Assembly: GCA_964550205.1 (NCBI GenBank)
Contig: CAZJYD010000009.1
Location: 1 to 63,143 of the forward strand
Reading direction: 5' to 3'
Source of the DNA: an uncultured Bacteroidales bacterium
GTDB taxonomy: Bacteria > Bacteroidota > Bacteroidia > Bacteroidales > JAIOZK01
DNA: 63,143 nt
In this document: piece by piece, positions 61,097-63,143 of the stretch
Layout of the letters: each line of letters opens with the position of its first letter
Position numbering within the stretch: position 1 is the stretch's first letter
The notes under the pieces: model-generated
The model's database searches: none
The model's input: only the letters and a program-made list of their open reading frames with translations
Told to the model about the DNA's origin: nothing
Translations under genes and position numbers: made by a program

Positions 61097-61187
61097 TTAT
61101 AACGCCAGCATCACCGGCGGGAGACACTGCAGAGCGACGATAGGAGCGGCGCAGTGTCTCCCGTCCGCGTGCATGCACTCGTTAGCA
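61097..61187 (-). mobile_element. attC: attC integron cassette recombination site (91 bp)
   Basis: Minus strand R'' TGCTAAC ... R' GTTATAA; perfect 13-bp IR (61118-61130/61151-61163) extended with three unpaired bases on one arm; upstream ORF stop TAA lies inside R''. Confidence 0.92.
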
Positions 61188-62048
61188 TTTTCGTTCGTGT
61201 CCCTGAATCAGGTCGAAAGCCCAGTGGACTGCTTGCGGGTATTCACCGCAGTCAAGCACGAATTCCTGTCCTCGTGCCACTGCCCTAAGCTCTGAACGTG
61301 CCCCAACTTTACCCCATCGGCTAGGATCGGAATGGTACGTCAGCGGTGTTCGCTCCTCGCCGGGATGAAACCAGCCCGGGAGTTCCCAAGTGCTGGTGTT
61401 GTTTGAGTTTGGTGCAGTCAACTGCAAGTCACGCGCGAACTGTGGGAATACTCCCGCACCTGGCAGATTGCCTCCCGCCGCGTGGGCGGTTTCAAGGTAG
61501 CGCCGCGCCAAGTAGACCGTATTGTTGCGGTCATTTCCCCGATGGAAGTGCGGATGGTACTCCGCCCAAGGGTATCCAATGGGCGTTGCTGTGCCGAGCG
61601 ACACAATCTCGCCGACTTGGAACCACCCCCACATCACATGACATGGCTGGCTGTTGGCGGCCCACCGATAGATGCCCTTCCTTCTCTCCACGCAACGAAA
61701 GAGACCAAAGAAGAGAAAGAGGTCACCAACTCCTACGTCACTTTTCCGGAGGTGACCTTGTGCTTGGCCGGTCTGTCCGAAGATTGGTCGCCATCCTCGT
61801 TGGCGGGGAAGGCTGTCCCGGACGATGTCGGGATCGATATGGGCACGATACTTCGAGGGAATACGTCCACCGGTCAGTTCCTCTACAAGCGGGCCAATCG
61901 AGCTGCCCTCGTACTGTATCTCCCCGTATGTGACCAACGACTTCTTGTCTGGAATGGGCAAAGAAACCATCCGCCCATCTGGGAAGATCGGGCTTGGCAC
62001 CCCACCCGCTGATGAGTCGAATCCTTTCCTGCTAAGAATGAGCTTCAT
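61182..62048 (-). CDS. Nucleotide modification associated domain 3 (Nmad3) protein
   Basis: MKLILSRKGFDSSAGGVPSPIFPDG, AHIDPD, FGQ..AQGHL, FLFFGLF, HPH, RGQEFV; ATGA overlap favours start 62048. Confidence 0.82.
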   Translation of the reverse strand: MKLILSRKGFDSSAGGVPSPIFPDGRMVSLPIPDKKSLVTYGEIQYEGSSIGPLVEELTGGRIPSKYRAHIDPDIVRDSLPRQRGWRPIFGQTGQAQGHLRKSDVGVGDLFLFFGLFRCVERRKGIYRWAANSQPCHVMWGWFQVGEIVSLGTATPIGYPWAEYHPHFHRGNDRNNTVYLARRYLETAHAAGGNLPGAGVFPQFARDLQLTAPNSNNTSTWELPGWFHPGEERTPLTYHSDPSRWGKVGARSELRAVARGQEFVLDCGEYPQAVHWAFDLIQGHERKC

Positions 62049-62650
62049 GCCTTTTGTTTCCATGACATATCACTGTACGGCCATTTCGTTGGGGGTGCGC
62101 TGACTCCTTGAGGATATGATGAGATGAACTCCAAGAAGTCGCCAATGGTCTCTCGGGAGAACCGGTTCTTGTGCGCCCGGCCCACCTTCAGTTCTTCCAA
62201 GTCCGGCGGCAACTCCGGCCCTGAAGCCCCAAAATAGTAGAACTTCGTAGCTATGAGGACATTCACTCCTCCCAAGTCATGTGCCTTAGTCCCGGGATTC
62301 TCGTCCTCATCGTTCGAGTGCATGGACCGCAACTGCTGGAAATCCCCATTTGGTAGCGGTTTGTAGATATTGTCCCCTGCCTTCCAGACCACTTCTCCCC
62401 TGCCGTAATCCGGTATCTTGTTGGCAAAACGTGCGTCGCTGTAGTAACTGGCGTAGTCGAGAATCTCATCCACCTCCATGGCAAAGACTACGCGATTCCC
62501 ACTGGCTTTCGGGCTGAGCCCGACGATCCAGTCCCCAACCTCTGCCGTCCGTCGGATTGCCGGCTTGCAATCGGCAAGCGTACAACATCCCCAGAAAGGA
62601 TTGGGAGAGAACCCGGTGTCATGTGTCACGATGTAGGAATAGAGCTTCAT
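62045..62650 (-). CDS. Nucleotide modification associated domain 2 (Nmad2) protein
   Basis: MKLYSYIVTHDTGFSPNPFWGCCTLADCKPAIRR, GDNIY; GGAAGGA SD suitably spaced for ATG 62650 (alternative 62659). Confidence 0.85.
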   Translation of the reverse strand: MKLYSYIVTHDTGFSPNPFWGCCTLADCKPAIRRTAEVGDWIVGLSPKASGNRVVFAMEVDEILDYASYYSDARFANKIPDYGRGEVVWKAGDNIYKPLPNGDFQQLRSMHSNDEDENPGTKAHDLGGVNVLIATKFYYFGASGPELPPDLEELKVGRAHKNRFSRETIGDFLEFISSYPQGVSAPPTKWPYSDMSWKQKA

Positions 62651-62669
62651 GGGTGGCATGTCCTTCCGC

Positions 62670-62700
62670 TGCTAACATATTATTAAGCTGCCAATATACG
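62670..62700 (-). mobile_element. attI: attI site (core G|TTAGCA, crossover between 62676 and 62675)
   Basis: GTT core at the exact AT-rich/GC-rich junction, ~170 bp from the divergent intI start; upstream extent approximate. Confidence 0.8.
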
Positions 62701-62846
62701 TATAATAAACATAATATGCAAGTAAAAAAGTAATCCATATAATACGCTTATTTGTAACAAAAAACTGCAATTTGCGGTATAATATGCTATAATTGTATTA
62801 TTATACGTAAATTTCTAATTATGCGATTTAAATAATTATTGTTATT

Positions 62847-63143
62847 ATGGCAAAAAAATCAAAATTATTAGATCAGGTTCGCCGGGTCATTCGTACGAAG
62901 CATTTCAGATATAGTACAGAAAAGAGTTATGTTGACTGGATATACAGATACATTGTATTTCATGATAAAAAACATCCTGAAGAAATGGGAAAAAAGGAAG
63001 TTTCTGAATTCCTTACTTTTCTTGCTGTTGATAGAAAAGTATCAGCATCTACACAAAACCAGGCATTGAATGCTTTGGTTTTTTTGTATAAAAATGTCCT
63101 GGATAAACAATTAGGTAAATTATCATTTACTTATGCGAAAGTT
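62847..63143 (+). CDS. intI: Integron integrase, N-terminal 99 aa (truncated by window end; absent from ORF track)
   Basis: MAKKSKLLDQVRRVIRTKHFRYSTEKSYVDWIYRYIVFHDKKHPEEMGKKEVSEFLTFLAVDRKVSASTQNQALNALVFLYKNVL matches the IntI N-terminal domain; divergent from attI. Confidence 0.92.
   Translation, partial: MAKKSKLLDQVRRVIRTKHFRYSTEKSYVDWIYRYIVFHDKKHPEEMGKKEVSEFLTFLAVDRKVSASTQNQALNALVFLYKNVLDKQLGKLSFTYAKV

Larger units (their letters stand above)
61103..62675 (-). mobile_element. Integron gene cassette (1573 bp, GC-rich, two ORFs)
   Basis: Starts TTAGCA after the attI crossover, exactly complementary to R'' TGCTAAC; sharp GC shift at both ends. Confidence 0.9.

Noticed and set aside
61121-61160. 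Hairpin considered as a terminator or CRISPR repeat
   Set aside because: Single copy with no spacers; flanking AAC/GTT boxes and asymmetric bulges identify it as attC
61346-62103. Long + strand ORFs (195, 176 and 92 aa) within the cassette
   Set aside because: Antisense shadows expected in GC-rich DNA; the minus-strand ORFs carry the family motifs and fit the cassette boundaries

Overview
AT-rich chromosomal window from a Bacteroidota (Bacteroidales-like) genome, judged from TAnnTTTG promoter elements, type IX secretion C-terminal domains and the Bacteroidota-type dcw cluster. Most of it is housekeeping or envelope genes (hisS, lptF/G, yidD, rnpA, hemD, adk, mraZ-ftsZ, glsA/B-like pair, yihA, mutS2). 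It also holds a tandem pair of T9SS-secreted Asp-box proteins separated by a ~175-nt nested inverted-repeat element, an acetate-activation block (acs, OFA-type MFS, atypical NCS2 permease, Pat-type acyl-CoA ligase-GNAT) and a glycoprotein/N-glycan degradation block. The main accessory feature is at the right end and is not in the ORF track: a complete integron platform (intI 5' end at 62847, attI core, intact 91-bp attC). It carries one foreign GC-rich 1573-bp cassette encoding a translationally coupled Nmad2-Nmad3 pair, my best candidate for an undescribed, possibly anti-phage, system. Family assignments come from motif recognition by eye; no searches were run.
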